64,000 bases of DNA from Bispira polyomma. Lineage: Eukaryota. Shown here in pieces: positions 13,401-25,829 of the stretch. The translations under genes and the position numbers were made by a program. The notes under the pieces are model-generated. The model did not search any database. It was not told the DNA's origin and was given only the letters and a program-made list of their open reading frames with translations. The first letter of the stretch is position 1; each line of letters opens with the position of its first letter. Location of the stretch: NCBI GenBank assembly GCA_965649765.1, contig OZ287752.1, positions 24,986,001 to 25,050,000 on the forward strand, given 5' to 3'.

Positions 13401-15177
13401 GAGGAGCCATAGATATCGTTGCCTTGGCAGTTATGGCTCTGACATTGAAAACAATGTCTTAACTATATATCTGAAGAAACTGTTGTGAAATATTTATGTT
13501 GTTTTCTCAGTTGTACCAGAACCACCACATTCCTTGGTATTTGAGTCAGTAACTGCCGTATCAGTGATTATGTCATGGGTCCCAGGCAGGAGTCCTGTAG
13601 AACAAACATTTACAGTGTATTACAGACATCTGGGGGACACTAAAATACTGTATTATGGTGGAATACAGAACATGGAAAACAGTAAAAGAATTATGTTCAA
13701 ATTATTGAATTTATTACCCGATACAGAGTACTTTTTGAGGGTTCAAGCACAAAACCAATATGGAGAAAGTGATCATCAACCAGAGATATCAGTTACAACT
13801 TTAGGTACTTATAGATGTTGCATGCACTTCTTAAAATTATAATAATGATAAAGGCATAGACCTGGGCATCACTGAAACATTATTAGAATGTTTTGAATTG
13901 GCAAACTGTATGAGTTCTACTGTACCAATGACTGAAGTTATACATCATGATAGTTCAATTGATTGCAATATTTATATTATATTCAAATCACATTAGGTAT
14001 ACCAACAGTGAGAGGGATATTGGAGGCAAAGATTTATGCAGATGTTGTTGTACTCTACTGGAAACAGATCGATGGAAACTACACAAGAGCTGTTTTATTA
14101 AAGTGTCCCACTGGACGGCAAAATTGCATTTCAATTTACCAGATTACTGATGCCAATGTTACAATATATGCAGTGGACACAGTATATGATGGGGAGGAGT
14201 ATTACCTTATAATATATCAGGATAATGATGAAGTAACAGCCCAGCGATTTACAATAACTGACAAATGTAAGTTTACTACTAAAAAACCATTACCACTTTC
14301 TGTTAGATACAGTTATATATGGATGAATGTACATTCTTCAAACAATGGATTTAAAGGGATAAAGCTTCTTTCCTTTCAACCACTGCTGCAGGAATGGTTA
14401 CATTGACTTTATTGTACGGACAAAACTAAGTGTACCAGCAAAACCATTAAATATAAGATTAATTATTTTTACTAGTTTACCTCTTGATGTGATGAAAATA
14501 ACAGCTTCATTGTGATAATGTTTAAGCTGTTCTATATTTATTCCTAATAACTTGATGGTAACTTACCATTGTATCTTATCTTTTAGTGTGTGTCACAGAA
14601 GATGTAATACACAAAAATACAGGACTTGTAGCTGGAATAGCGGTAATTTCCGCCATATGTGGTTTAACTATAGTGGTATTGGTTGTAGTAACTGTGTTGT
14701 TTAGAAAGAGGCTAAACCAAGAAGATAACAATATCAAATGGAAATCAGTGAGTCACTAACATCTTTGAAACTGCTATACAAATGATAGCTTACATGATGC
14801 ATGCATCACATTTCCAAGCTTCATTACATGTGTTTATTAGACTTCACCATTAAATTAATACAATTATGTTCAATCTGAATATATTTGTTTTTTTGTAAGA
14901 ATTCTGCCTCAACCACATACGAAAATGTTGCGTCTACAAATGAAATCAGCAACTATGAGATGACAAAACCAGAGAATCCGACACCACCAGCTGAGTATAC
15001 AGATTTGAAGGTATAATAATTGGTACAAATCTGACGCTTGTTTTACAAACCATTATTTGAACTTCTTTAAAGCATACATACTTATATTATTTATTTTGTG
15101 ACATATTTAAAAATTAACTTAAATAATATATAATACAATTATCATTACAGCAAGTAACATATGAAGCCATTAACTGA
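1175..15177 (+). CDS. Gene A: multi-Ig/FN3 single-pass receptor (nephrin-like architecture) with an ITSM/ITIM-type tail and no kinase; 5' exon not found; frameshift in first Ig exon (possible pseudogene, null allele or assembly error)
   Basis: Exons with AG/GT ends: 1175-1497, 4511-4834, 5149-5448, 5702-5995, 10395-10691, 11874-12152, 12752-13060 (7 Ig-like); 13511-13804 (FN3); 13997-14266 (FN3-like); 14587-14747 (TM); 14900-15010; 15151-15177 (stop TGA). All ectodomain exons are phase 1-1 and multiples of 3 except the first (323 nt). Confidence 0.85.
2109..2515. repeat. Foldback/MITE-like element built from GTAGTGTTGG units
   Basis: Many gtagtgttgg copies in the left part and inverted ccaacactac copies at about 2434 and 2496. 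Confidence 0.5.
2715..3681 (+). mobile_element. Non-autonomous Helitron/Helentron-like element carrying a ~150 bp tandem array
   Basis: 5' ccgccgccgcgtctgtgtgtgt microsatellite; 3-4 internal units containing tttgaccttg...caaggt and aaacttaa; 3' hairpin GCATCG-gttcag-CGATGC (3653-3670) followed by CTAG|T (3678-3681). Confidence 0.55.
4511..4834 (+). CDS. Gene A exon: Ig-like domain 2 (C1/C2-like, no C-strand Trp)
   Basis: QCRVSSVKPG...RKHNGQQAVCKVVW; 324 nt, phase 1-1. Confidence 0.85.
5149..5448 (+). CDS. Gene A exon: Ig-like domain 3
   Basis: FSCMTDEAYPTATVTW...KKVKCVV; 300 nt. An alternative in-frame acceptor lies 6 nt downstream. Confidence 0.85.
5702..5995 (+). CDS. Gene A exon: Ig-like domain 4
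   Basis: FTCSLDANPPP...LFCRA; 294 nt. Confidence 0.85.
7260..8300 (+). mobile_element. Ngaro/DIRS-like element 5' part with degenerate gag
   Basis: TATA-like ctctatataaa at about 7348. Broken ORFs give IQDEVDKRLRQY..KSGRHREGDQKVKVAVPWPHEHC..QWVQG..AHAAVLCEIERGNV, matching the gag at 30378-31091. Confidence 0.75.
10395..10691 (+). CDS. Gene A exon: Ig-like domain 5 (paralogous to domain 3)
   Basis: FTCVTDEAEPTADVVW...KEVVCYV; 297 nt. Confidence 0.85.
11874..12152 (+). CDS. Gene A exon: Ig-like domain 6 (I/C2-set)
   Basis: LTCKATGGNP...YSW...QAGVYRCEVTN; 279 nt. Confidence 0.9.
12752..13060 (+). CDS. Gene A exon: Ig-like domain 7 (lacks F-strand Cys)
   Basis: LNCTVRAYP...NFGLYQVVLNNGVG; 309 nt. 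Confidence 0.85.
13511..13804 (+). CDS. Gene A exon: fibronectin type III domain
   Basis: PEPP...SW.PG...NLLPDTEYFLRVQAQNQYGES; 294 nt. Confidence 0.9.
13997..14266 (+). CDS. Gene A exon: membrane-proximal FN3-like domain
   Basis: VVLYW...CPTGRQNC...YYLIIY; 270 nt; aligns with gene B 50310-50600. Confidence 0.8.
14587..14747 (+). CDS. Gene A exon: transmembrane helix
   Basis: GLVAGIAVISAICGLTIVVLVVVTVLF followed by RKR; donor gtgagt, phase 0. Confidence 0.9.
14900..15010 (+). CDS. Gene A exon: cytoplasmic tyrosine-motif exon
   Basis: NSASTTYENVASTNEISNYEMTKPENPTPPAEYTDLK; 111 nt, phase 0-0. Confidence 0.8.
15151..15177 (+). CDS. Gene A last coding exon (QVTYEAIN-stop)
   Basis: Acceptor ttacag at 15150; ITIM-type VTYEAI; TGA at 15175-15177. 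Confidence 0.7.
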   Translation, partial: QVTYEAIN

Positions 15178-15350
15178 AGACGAAATAAGGTTGCGGAATT
15201 GAACAGATGCCCACAGTGAAAGTTTTAAAAGCTACAGTGTATATGTACTTTTGCTTCTGACATTTATGACATTGACATGCCTCACATTATCTAATAATCC
15301 TACATTCGAATATTTAATATGTTGTGTATAGAAAATACTAACTCATATTC

Positions 15351-15356
15351 AATAAA
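15351..15356 (+). terminator. Candidate polyadenylation signal of gene A
   Basis: AATAAA about 175 nt after the stop codon. The background is AT-rich, so support is weak. Confidence 0.4.
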
Positions 15357-15540
15357 ACATTAACTGTTTAGCTTATATATAAGCATCAGTACATTCTCAA
15401 TTTGCACAAAATACATACACTAATCCTATTTTGAAATAAACGTCTTAACATTTGACCTAAATCTTAATTGATAGCACCATCATAGGATTTTTTATTGCTA
15501 TAATATTTTTGTATTCATACTTTTTGTAATTTGGACTTTT

Positions 15541-15665
15541 GATTTTTTATGCGTCTTATTGATGCTAGGCATCTCTTAAAGTGCAACAACAGAGTCAGTA
15601 GACCAATAGACATGTTCAAAAACAGGGCTAAAGTCGTAAGGAAGGATGTGGGGGTGTATAGGAAG
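15541..15665 (-). mobile_element. LINE 3'-end fragment (same family as 28049-28950)
   Basis: ttattgatgctaggcatct..aaagtcgtaaggaagga is shared with 28081-28170. Confidence 0.65.
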
Positions 15666-15784
15666 TGAACTATATATTCAAACTGACTTATCTTTGTTTA
15701 TTATATTAATATATAATGGGATAAAGACCTAACTAACTTGAAATCTTGACATGTTCTCTCTATTTTAAACACATATTATCAGAT

Positions 15785-16270
15785 CCTCATTAAAGTAATA
15801 AGCAGGCCAAAAATAACATTGACAGAAATTATTAGTCCAGATCATGTAGGGTATATGGAAAAAAGGTACTGTGGTGAAAACATTCATGTTTTATCCTTCT
15901 AGCAGACTTTGAAAAGCCCTGATACTGTTAAATGGTCCTTTTTGAGGAAAATACTTAAATATTATTGTTTTGGTGTTAATTTTCAGAACTGGATTTCAAT
16001 TTTATATAAAATTGTGAAAGTTGTGTCACAACCAATGGTTATTTGTCTGCTTACATTAAACTTACTTAAAGCAAGGTGCAGTGTTGTTTTTGTTAGTTGC
16101 AGCAATTATAGCAATTATATTAAGGCAAGAAAAATTATGTAAATGGTATACACATTAAAAAAAACAGAGATAAAATTATGCCAATTGCAGACGATATGAC
16201 ATTGTTTTTAACTGGTATAGAATCAGTGAAAGTAGAGTTTTATCGTTGTGCAGTATTAAAATTAAACAAC
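15785..16270 (+). mobile_element. Degenerate L1/Tx1-type reverse transcriptase fragment
   Basis: Frameshifted remnants IISPDHVGY..RYCGENI, ADFEK.PDTVKWSFL...FGVNFQNWISILY, ADDMTLFL. Confidence 0.65.
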
Positions 16271-18019
16271 GGGAAAGACTAAAGCATCTCAGGCATCCAC
16301 CTTAACTACAGAAGGGGGACCTTAACTTGGTGTGAACTTCTGAATGGATTAAACCACCCAGTTTAAAGTTACCCTAATAGTTTAACCTTGAAATTAAGGT
16401 TGATTGACATTACGATAATGTTGCCTTATCAACCCAAAGAAAGGTAACCTTAAAATTTGAAAGTTTTCAAAGTAATGAGCTTAAGGTTGCCCCTTTTAAG
16501 GTAACCTTAGATTTTGACTATTTGTTTAGAATTTGATTTAAAGTTAGCTAGAAATAGCATTACTATATTCCTGTAATGCATTATAGTTAGTTGATGTTAA
16601 GGCGGTCTTAAATGTTAAAATATTGAGTTTAAATTTATAGTAGTGTAGTTTACTAAAGAGATATCACCATCACTTGGCTTTACTGCCTAGCTAAAGCCTA
16701 AAACCTACTCACAGATGCTGATTGCTTGTATAGAGTCATTGTCCATGCATTTAAGAAAAAACTCACTAGACCTAAATTTGGCTGCTATTCAGCCCCTTGT
16801 TACATTAGTTGCAGATCAGCTCAGACTAATGAGACAATTCCTTAAGCCTAACACATTCAGCTAGCACTGATGACTTGATTCACTGTAGCTGTGGTTTTGT
16901 GAGCAGAGGACTTCCCGCTGTATTGTTAGTGCTCCATGAGTTGGTACTTCAGCTTAAACTAGACACTCTTGTTAGCATATGAACCAGATTGCATACATAA
17001 TAAATATTATATACAATATACACACATATAATACTTTTCACTCTGAAAAACATGCAATTAGATGAGATATTTACATTTTTAATGGAGCATTGATGGTCCG
17101 TCCTAGCATCTAATCTATGAAAGTAGATGGAGATGGAGATGGGGGTGGGTAAACATAATTTTTTATTAGATGGCGTCTTGCCCTTATGTGTTTCAATGGC
17201 AAACTGAAACCTAAATGCTTTTTGGCGACAATATGCTAAGTACTGGGGTCACTAATTAACCAATCTACTGTTAGGTCGTTAGAGACAAAAATAGTTTTAA
17301 CAATACTTGTTTTAGCTGCACTGACCCGGCTATCCCTTGGGGGCTACCTTGCATTTTTGAATATAGTAACATGTTATACTATACAAAGAGAGTTATCTGG
17401 TTATTAACTTTACCTTTAAAACGATAGGAGCATGTTTTTCACTAGTCCACACCAATACTATAAAATATCACAGAACAAATGAATACTAAACAGATTAATT
17501 AAAATCATGGCAAAGTAGATACTGAACTCTAAAAGGTAAAATAATTGATTGCTCCACATATTTTACAATTAACTTCAGTCCTTTCTTTTACTTCGAAATT
17601 CCTGTCCGATTTGGACATTATATTTTACAATTTGTAAACTGTAGCATTTGTAGCACAGTAGATAAGTTGGAACATTGTTTTTACTAAAATATCTAGATTC
17701 TAATAATTTTTGAAAACAGAAAATGGTTGATAAACCATAATTGTGGTAATTTTGATTTAACGTTTGATTTAAAGTATTTGAAGAGAAACTTAGTTTATTG
17801 TTAGATTTTCTTCTGTGTGCATAGGCTTATTTTGATTTTTGCAATGTACTCAAAATTGTAATTGATAATATCTGTTATGTTTCGTGTAGCAATTGTACGT
17901 ATAATATCTTGATATAGTATATTCTGTGCCCAGCATAACAACTTCATAGGTCTGCTGTCTCACTTCATATACCAACTTCAAAAACAACACTTGTTCTACT
18001 TTCTGTCTATCCCCCATAC

Positions 18020-18650
18020 CTCACTGGCCAATCATTAATTAGCCTCCCTTTAATTAGTATGGGTGTCCCCACTTAAAGACTCTATTTTAGAACAACATTT
18101 AAAGGATAAACACCCAGGAACAGAAAAGCAAGTTATTTTATTTCAAATATAATGATTTTAACACACAGTTTTTACACAAACGTACAACTATGGGAAGGAT
18201 CAAGAAAATTCCAGGCAGTGGTCCACAGACGAAAAAACAGACTGTAACAAGGAAAGCTACTACTGGAACATTGAGAGGGTTAACTTCAAGAGGAGATCCT
18301 TCAAGGCCATCTAGCAGAAGCAAACACGCAAGGGACAGGTGATATTTCTGATGTAATGAGTATCCTTAAGAGGTTGGAATCCACCAACGTTAACATAAAC
18401 AAACGTTTTGATAAGGTCGAATCTCAGAACGGCCCGTTCATGGCGCCTCTCACTGTGGTACATATAAACTTTGGGACATTCAAAACAAGTTAAAATTTGG
18501 TTTTATTCCTCTTAGTGAAATGGGGAAAAAATTACTGACTACACCACTGACCAATACTTCTACTCAAACATTTTCCACCTCCACAGAGACCTCAGACAAG
18601 ATGGCCATCATAACTACAAAGGGTGTACCTGTTACGTCACAACTTATTAC
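18020..18650 (+). mobile_element. Internally deleted Ngaro-like remnant
   Basis: Basic N-terminal ORF start (MGRIKK..) and a coiled-coil remnant (SILKRLES..KRFDKVE), then FGFIPLS and HRDLRQDGHHNYKG..VPVTSQL, resembling DFGFLP..HNNVKKYNLPNYNRGRITVPSGL upstream of the RT at 26079-27584. Confidence 0.45.
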
Positions 18651-19939
18651 AAGATATTTAAGACTATAAAATACAACCCAAGACACAGTGCCAAATATAC
18701 AGTACACAATGCTAAATATGCTGTACGACCCACTCATACCCACAAAGAAAAACAACAAAATTGACAAAAATATTTACGGAGTATGCAAGCGACACCAGCA
18801 AATACTACCAGAAAATTTTAACACCTAAAACACAATGCCAAATATGCGGTACACAGTGCTAAATATGCTATACAACCCACTCCCGCCAAATCGGAATGGA
18901 TGATAATAGGCCGACTACTTAAATGTACACATATAAAACATAAAAAAAAGAGACTAAATCAGGTAAAAGTAGTAGAAGGATATACAGTAATGTTAATGCA
19001 TAAAATGTGACATAAATGAGATTTTAATAAATTTTGTGTTGGATATCGTAATCAAATTTGGTAAGCGGCTACTCCTATTGTACAGGTATTTGTGAAAAAA
19101 AAGCTGTGTCAGCTCATTGCCATATTAGAGTACATTAAGACAGAAACACTCTAAAGGCCATAGAAAACTTACTATCTTTTAGTTACTGTAATGTGTAGAC
19201 TCTCGTTTAAATTTAGAATAGTACACAACAGTAATACAGTTAACATTTCTCTTAAAGTTATTTTCCCCGCAAAATTAACAGAACTATAGATTGTTTTCAT
19301 GAACAATTATTTTAAATCATTTCTGCCAAGACATCAGTGAGCTGCATGCAATAAGCTCTATATATATGATGTGTACTTGTCAACTCCTAATTACAGCAGC
19401 CTAGTAAACATCATCATGGCCACTACCAGATACATTCATATACTCTAATTATGAACTGTACCAGTCTAAACAAATTTCTGTCAAACCTAGAGAACACAGA
19501 AATGGGTTGAAATGGCAGCAGCATGCTTTTTAGAGTCTTACAACATATTCTATCCACCCCAGTATCAACTCGGCACTATTCTTATTGCGCATTAACCAGG
19601 AATTCAACATGGCTGACCCTGAAAAACAGGCAGATCATGAAAATGTCAAACAAGATCTATAAGAAGTCGATCAGGAAAATTCAGACACAGTTACTGATTC
19701 TGATGTTGAAATTTTAACTCAATCCACAAGCAGCAGCACAACCACAAAACCCACACCTGCTACAAAGGACAGTACATGAAGCATCTAACACAAATAAATT
19801 TGCAGTCCCACACCCCACCACAAATATTCCCCCCCCCCCCTCTCAAGCATTAGACTAGCACCACAACCACATTTTTTTGCCAAGAAGTACAGCTACATCT
19901 ATTACAAATAGCACCCCAACTCAAGTCGCCATTGTAATA

Positions 19940-20560
19940 CTTGACAGATCACCCAAAATTCAATATAAAAAGTCTACCCTCCTTTAAACTCAAAAGCTTC
20001 TCTGTGAAAGTCACAGAAAATGCTGAAAAATGCTTAAATGACTTTGTCCTATTTGCAAACATAAACCAGTTGTAGCCAGGTAAGATAGTTAATCGTTTTA
20101 AACTATCTGTTGATAGAGCTGCAAGAATCTGGATGGACCAACTTCTTGAAGATATACTTAAGACCACAAGCTGCTTTTCTACCATTTTAAACAGACATAT
20201 TGTTCACAGGGTCTCATTTGGCCAGATGAAATATCATTCTCCAACACTACACAATGATTTGGTGAGTCAGTGGAAGATTATGCCAACAGGCTGACCATTA
20301 TTGCTGCTAAACGTCTTTAATCTGATATCTGTTTAGCACAGCAGTTTGTGAGAGGTCTTTCTCTTACCTACAAAACACACACCCTGGTGCACGGACCAAA
20401 TACATTTGATGCCTCAGTTGGGGCGGCCACTTTGTACCAAAACTCAACAAAAATGGTGATTGCCTCTGAAGTCATGGATGATGATATCTCCAGCTTACAA
20501 AAGGCAGTAGCTGACCTGAAAGAGACGAGAACCACCCCACAGACAGGCCAACCTCCTTAA
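19940..20560 (+). mobile_element. Degenerate Ty3/Gypsy-type gag remnant
   Basis: With stops: NAEKCLNDFVLFANIN...FKLSVDRAARIWMDQL...GESVEDYANRL...QFVRGL, a retrotransposon-gag pattern. Confidence 0.5.
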
Positions 20561-22976
20561 GATGCCTAAAATGACAACGTGATCCAGACAGATTTGGGAC
20601 CACAAAGTCTCATTGGAAAACAAGCATTTCAAAATCACATTAATTTCAATTTTGGTCAAACATCTTCAAAAGAAAGTAATGGTAATGATAGTGATATAGG
20701 TCATAAAGGAAATAGTAATGCACCAAGAGCAAATGGTTGTCTTAATATGGTGACTGCAGTACTTTAAGTACTAAAAAACAGGTTAATTATGCTCATAAAA
20801 CTGAGCAACTAGTGTATGACAGACAGTATCGGTCAAAAAGTCTGGAATGTGTGAGGAGTAGCAACATGGTAAATATTGTAAATCAAGGACAAACATCGCT
20901 TATAATAAGATTATTATTACAAACTTTTCTTGCTACTACTTCCAATAAAATGATCATATATACTTTGACTTTCCTGGCTAAAAATTGTAGTTAATGTATT
21001 GAATTAAAGCAAATCAGTTATGACTGGGCACATTTGTGATTATGTTTTTAAAAAATCATAAACAAAATCAGTGCATATTGTTTAGTTTCTGGGGGATAAT
21101 CTATTAGAACATTGTAAGTGTGTTCATAGTTGGGATTATATGTCACTTTCACCACGTCCTGCGTCATGTCACAAAGTGCAGCTTACTGCCAATATCCCGT
21201 GTACTCATGCACCATGGCAAATATTGGAACCCACAATTGGAGAGTGAGAGGTGAGTGTGTTCATTACCTGTTTATTTATAGAATTACTATTATCTTTATA
21301 ATAATAATTATAGCATTAGCAAACTGATAACATTATAAATATAAATGTACATAACCGTACAAGATTTGGGTTATTTTTAAATAGTTTCTAACAATGTTTG
21401 ATTGAAATAAATATGGTTTACATTAATGTGACTAATATTTAGTGTACTTCTGAAAAGGAAGATTATCACAGTACTTCCAAATGCTCAACACAATACAATA
21501 GATTAACATATACAATCTTAGGAAATTTCCCCAGCCAAAACAATGTACTAAATCTTTAATTTGGTTGGTGTAAAAATTCTACCTTTTAAGAGCTAAATTT
21601 AGTTTCTATTGAGCTTTTGCTGTTTACACTGACTTGATCATGTATCATTACCCTACTGCCTTTGTTAACATCCACTCATCCTTAAAAATAATAGTACACT
21701 TCTGTACAGTCTAGTTCAGGTGTTATTCTTTTTATTTGCTAAGAATAATCTGATGAAACTTATTTCATAACGTCAACAAATAAAAAAAATAATCAAACAT
21801 TTAAATGTGTGTAATTATAATGTTAGACATATGATAGGTTGTGTACATAAAATTACCATATTACTACACAAAAGTTTATATTTAATACACATGTCATTAA
21901 CATGCTTTGCAAAAAATACATTGATGGAATAAACCCATTTAACTTTGTGGGTCTTTGTTAAAAATGAAGTATAATATTTGGATGTCAGTAGGAACCTACG
22001 TACCTCTTCTTGGTGTGACATATTCTTAATGCTTCATATTATTAATGCATTCTTACCATGAATAGAACCACTTGACATTTGTGTTATGTTGGGGATATAT
22101 TTTGCTATTTTTCAAACTTCGTCATTGGAATATTACATAAATAAAATAACATACCTTGGCTGAAAATACTGCACAGTGTAAATTTTATATTTTAATATAT
22201 TGTAGGGTATACAGAAATGTTATATAGTGAAAACTAAACCAACACAAAGCAACACTCCCACTCAGAGCAAAATCAATTCAGTGGCTGTTAAAAAGGTGAC
22301 TTTTGATAAAGCACCGAGTGAATAATATTGATGAATAAGTCTTCAGTATGTACCCTGAGGTTATATACTTTTATGGGTGATGAAAAATTCTTCGTTCACT
22401 TTGAGAAAAATGACATCTTTTATCGATAACTGGCAAAAATGATTGGAAATATAGCTGGAGGTTAGTCAGGTCTACAATAATGTATTGCTCACAATAGTAG
22501 AAATAAAGCAATCATTTTGTACTTTTAAATGTCCCAGTCAAATAACATTTACTATCCCCAATAAAATAGTTTCAATAAATATATTTGTGAAAACTTTTCT
22601 GCCAATTTACATGTGTAATCTCTTATTTGTTAGTACTGTTTTACTTGTAATTTAGTTGTCAATCTCAGTAAGGAAACTGTATTGTACCGCTGCCACCAAT
22701 TGAAAACTCACATTTTGTGGTACTGTGTTTTATTGTATTATGGTGATGTATTATTACATTTATGTGCAAGAAGGGGTAGTTGTGTTTTTGTTTTAATTAT
22801 GTCTTGTGGCAAATAAGCCTGGTGGTAAGGCTAGTTTACACTTATATTTTAAATGAAGGGTACTACATCATTCTGTGGTATTGATTGTTTGATTGAGGTC
22901 AGTACTGGGCAGTTTTTGGAGGGAATAAATAAGAAGTAAGATTTTGTACATCGAGGGGGGAGGGGGGCTGAGATTA

Positions 22977-23073
22977 AAAGGGCAAATAGACCTGGCCGAT
23001 TTTGCTTCCAAAACCGTCATCCGACGTCCCTTTCTGTCATCCAGTCAAAGTCAGCCAGGTCTATTCGCCCCTT
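22977..23073. repeat. Short MITE-like inverted repeat (28-bp arms)
   Basis: aaagggcaaatagacctggccgattttg ... caaagtcagccaggtctattcgcccttt, 3 mismatches. Confidence 0.7.
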
Positions 23074-23414
23074 TAGTCCAAATATTACACTGTGTTGAAA
23101 GTGAAGGGGTGTAGTTTTTATCTTGGATTTTTTGTGTATGTACATAGCTTGTAGAATATCATTGAAGCTTGTTGAACATCGGCCACCATGTCCCAAATTC
23201 TGTCTTTTGTTCATCCATAATGGTAGATAAAAGATATTTAGTAAATGATGCACTACTGATATAACTAACTTACATAAAGGAAGGCTGTTGTGATATATAG
23301 AATTGATACATATGAAATTATACATTTTTAAGGCGCCTAATTCTTTAACGCAACATAATTGACAAAGTTGTTAAAATCATAGTCCATTGCCAAAGCAAAT
23401 TCATGATTGTGGTT

Positions 23415-23720
23415 GACGTGGAGGAGAAAGATTCCTATGGAGGGTAAGCAAGGTTGAAGAGATGGGTCTTAAGGTTACTGTCAAAGCCAGTGAGGGTTTC
23501 CTAGGATGATATATTGGTTGGTAAATTATTCTATAGGTTAAGTGCTGCATCAGAGAAGGTATAGGATCCAATCTGTTTACTAGTTTTGGTATCAGAAACT
23601 AAAATTCTGTTTCCCCTGGTAAGCCTGCTGAAAAACAACAATGAGGCAAGATATGGGTTTACAGATTCGTAAGTAACGTTGGTCTTAAAAATAATGCAAT
23701 ACTTGACAGGTAGCCAATGA
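23415..23720 (-). mobile_element. Degenerate LINE 3' fragment
   Basis: Reverse strand reads HWLPVK..IIFK..PYLASL..RGNRI..LKTHLFNLAYPP-like, as in 28194-28931. Confidence 0.6.
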
Positions 23721-23789
23721 CACCCTCACACAATGATTTTGACTTTATGGCACTGTCTCTTGATTGGATAAGATGTTATTTCACTCTTG

Positions 23790-24172
23790 CATTAACTTTC
23801 CTATGCCTATAGGCACAATTTTGATGATGTGTCTAGTGGATATAAGAAGCAACTTGTAATTAGTAATGCCTTAAATGAAGGTTTTGTTTCACCCGTTAGA
23901 TGCCAAAATTCACTGTATAAGCATTAATCTGGTTCTAAGTATTTAATTGACAACTATGTACCTTGTCAGCGAAAATCTTCCATTAACTTTCCTATGTCCA
24001 TAGGCACCATTTTGATGATATGTTTAGTTGATATAAGGAGCAACTTGTTAGTAGTAATTCGTCAAATGAAGGTACTGTTTCACCCGTTAGGTACCAAAAT
24101 TTACTGGATAAGCACTAATCTGGTTCTAAGTATTTAATTGACAACCATGTGCTTTGTCAGCAAAAATATCTT
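23790..24172. repeat. Tandem duplication, 2 x ~192 bp
   Basis: cattaactttcctatg...ttctaagtatttaattgacaac...gtcagc occurs at about 23790 and 23982. Confidence 0.8.
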
Positions 24173-24675
24173 GCGAAAACTCTGTTGAAATATCTTTTGA
24201 AAGATGAAAAATACAAACAATTATCCTCAGTATGGAGAGAAAAAGGATCAAAAAGGAGGTGACAGTGAGGAAGTCATAATCAAAACTATAGTTTTTTATA
24301 AAACACATTTGGAGTTTATTTTTAACCACTTCTCTTTATACACGTTAACATTTTTTAGTATTGTTAATTTCTAACATTGTTAAATTGTTCTAAACACATT
24401 TATGTTTGACAACTACTTCTATTCTACGTAACATTATTTACATAACAGCAATAAGCGTGAGCTCTGTATACAGCATATGTTTAACTACTGATTAGCTTAG
24501 AGCAATTACACAATGCCTATCTATAACATTATATATATACTTTACTTGAGTAAGCATAACGTTCCTTTGAGTGTTGGCTGTTATTTAACAGAAAGGGTAG
24601 TAAAAGCAAGTATATGTTTAAAATGGTTTACTAAAAGAAGGGCCAAACCCCAACTGTTGTAGGTTTTTATTTAGG

Positions 24676-25578
24676 CTAGTAGTTTTTGGAAAGTGGTACC
24701 ACACTGGCGGCTTTGGGCGTGGACTTCAAATATGTCCAGACTGCCTCGCTACGCCAGTTGCCGTGGGTTTTTATGTGGTCCAGGTCTATTTTATTATCAA
24801 AAGCATAAGAAGCTCCACTTCTTCTGAAGGCATGAAAGCCATATGCTTTCGGGCATAGTCCAATTTTAATTACCATGAGTTTTAAAAAAGACCGAGCTTT
24901 TGAAGCTGTAAGGAGAGTTGAACCAGCTTTTGTGTTTACCATAAATAAAGGCGACTGACTTTCAGTTTTAACCGTTTTCATCATAACTTTTAAAGCTTGT
25001 ATTGGACAAATTATTTTATTCAATAAAGGAAGCTGGACTACTTGAAATTGTCCCGAGCTTTGCATATTCTTTGTACAAGTTACCAGTAGATGGGCTCCAG
25101 GGGAACCCCATACTATATCTGCTCTTATTGGAAATCTACTTTTTTCAAAATCCTTGATTGCATTTGGGACTAGAGATGCTAATCTAAAAAAACCCGAAAA
25201 AGGCACAAAGAAATAGTGCTACATACGTTTCAGCATTTGTACAATTTTGAGTTGCCAATACTAGCTTCATTAAAAGAGATATAGATAAAATTCCTTTAAC
25301 TTTTGGCTGTAAAGGAGCATTAAGTTTTACTAACTTAATTAGCATATTGATAGTTCTTGAAAACAGTTCATTTTTGGCCAGTTGTACAAGCTGAAGAAGT
25401 GAGCCAGCACAGACATATGGTTATTCAGGGAAGCAGCGCGTAGATTGTTCTGTATTAGAAATTCCACATAGCATACCAATGTTCTTGTGCTGAAGGGGGA
25501 TGTAAATCCCATGTATACCATGAAGGCCATAAAGAGTCTGAATGTGACGTCATAGGAACCACGTGTTCGGGGTCTCAA
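24676..25578 (-). pseudogene. Tyrosine recombinase of the Ngaro element (split in two ORFs)
   Basis: 25339-25578 N-terminal domain; 24676-25206 FFRLASL...ICPIQAL...FHAFRRSGAS...HGNWRSEAVWTY (catalytic R..HxxR..H/W..Y). Confidence 0.85.
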
Positions 25579-25829
25579 TTGGAACCCTTAATCTAGCCCT
25601 CAGTTGTAGCTTGGCGGCCAGACTGCATTCTACAACATGTAAAGGACAAGCAGACTATTGTGCTTGTTTGCGGGGGGAATTACCCCCCCCCATTTTGTTT
25701 TAGATGTATACCTAGTATAATTTACATTTTATAAAAAAAATTTGGAAACAACATGTCTCTGTGTGCTGCCAACCATTGACATCTCTTTAAAAATTGAACC
25801 TCAGTAATAGGAATCGTATTGTATTCATG

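Noticed and set aside
14985-15174. YTDL..YEAI in gene A as an ITAM
   Set aside because: The spacer is only 4 residues (KQVT), too short for the ITAM consensus. The other pair has YEMT instead of YxxL/I.
16290-16620. aaggtaacctt-rich palindromic stretch, similar to 8340-8500
   Set aside because: Probably a decayed foldback repeat, but I could not define its ends or family.
21520-21532. NF-kB-like site ggaaatttcccc
   Set aside because: A single short motif about 12 kb from the gene B start; expected by chance.
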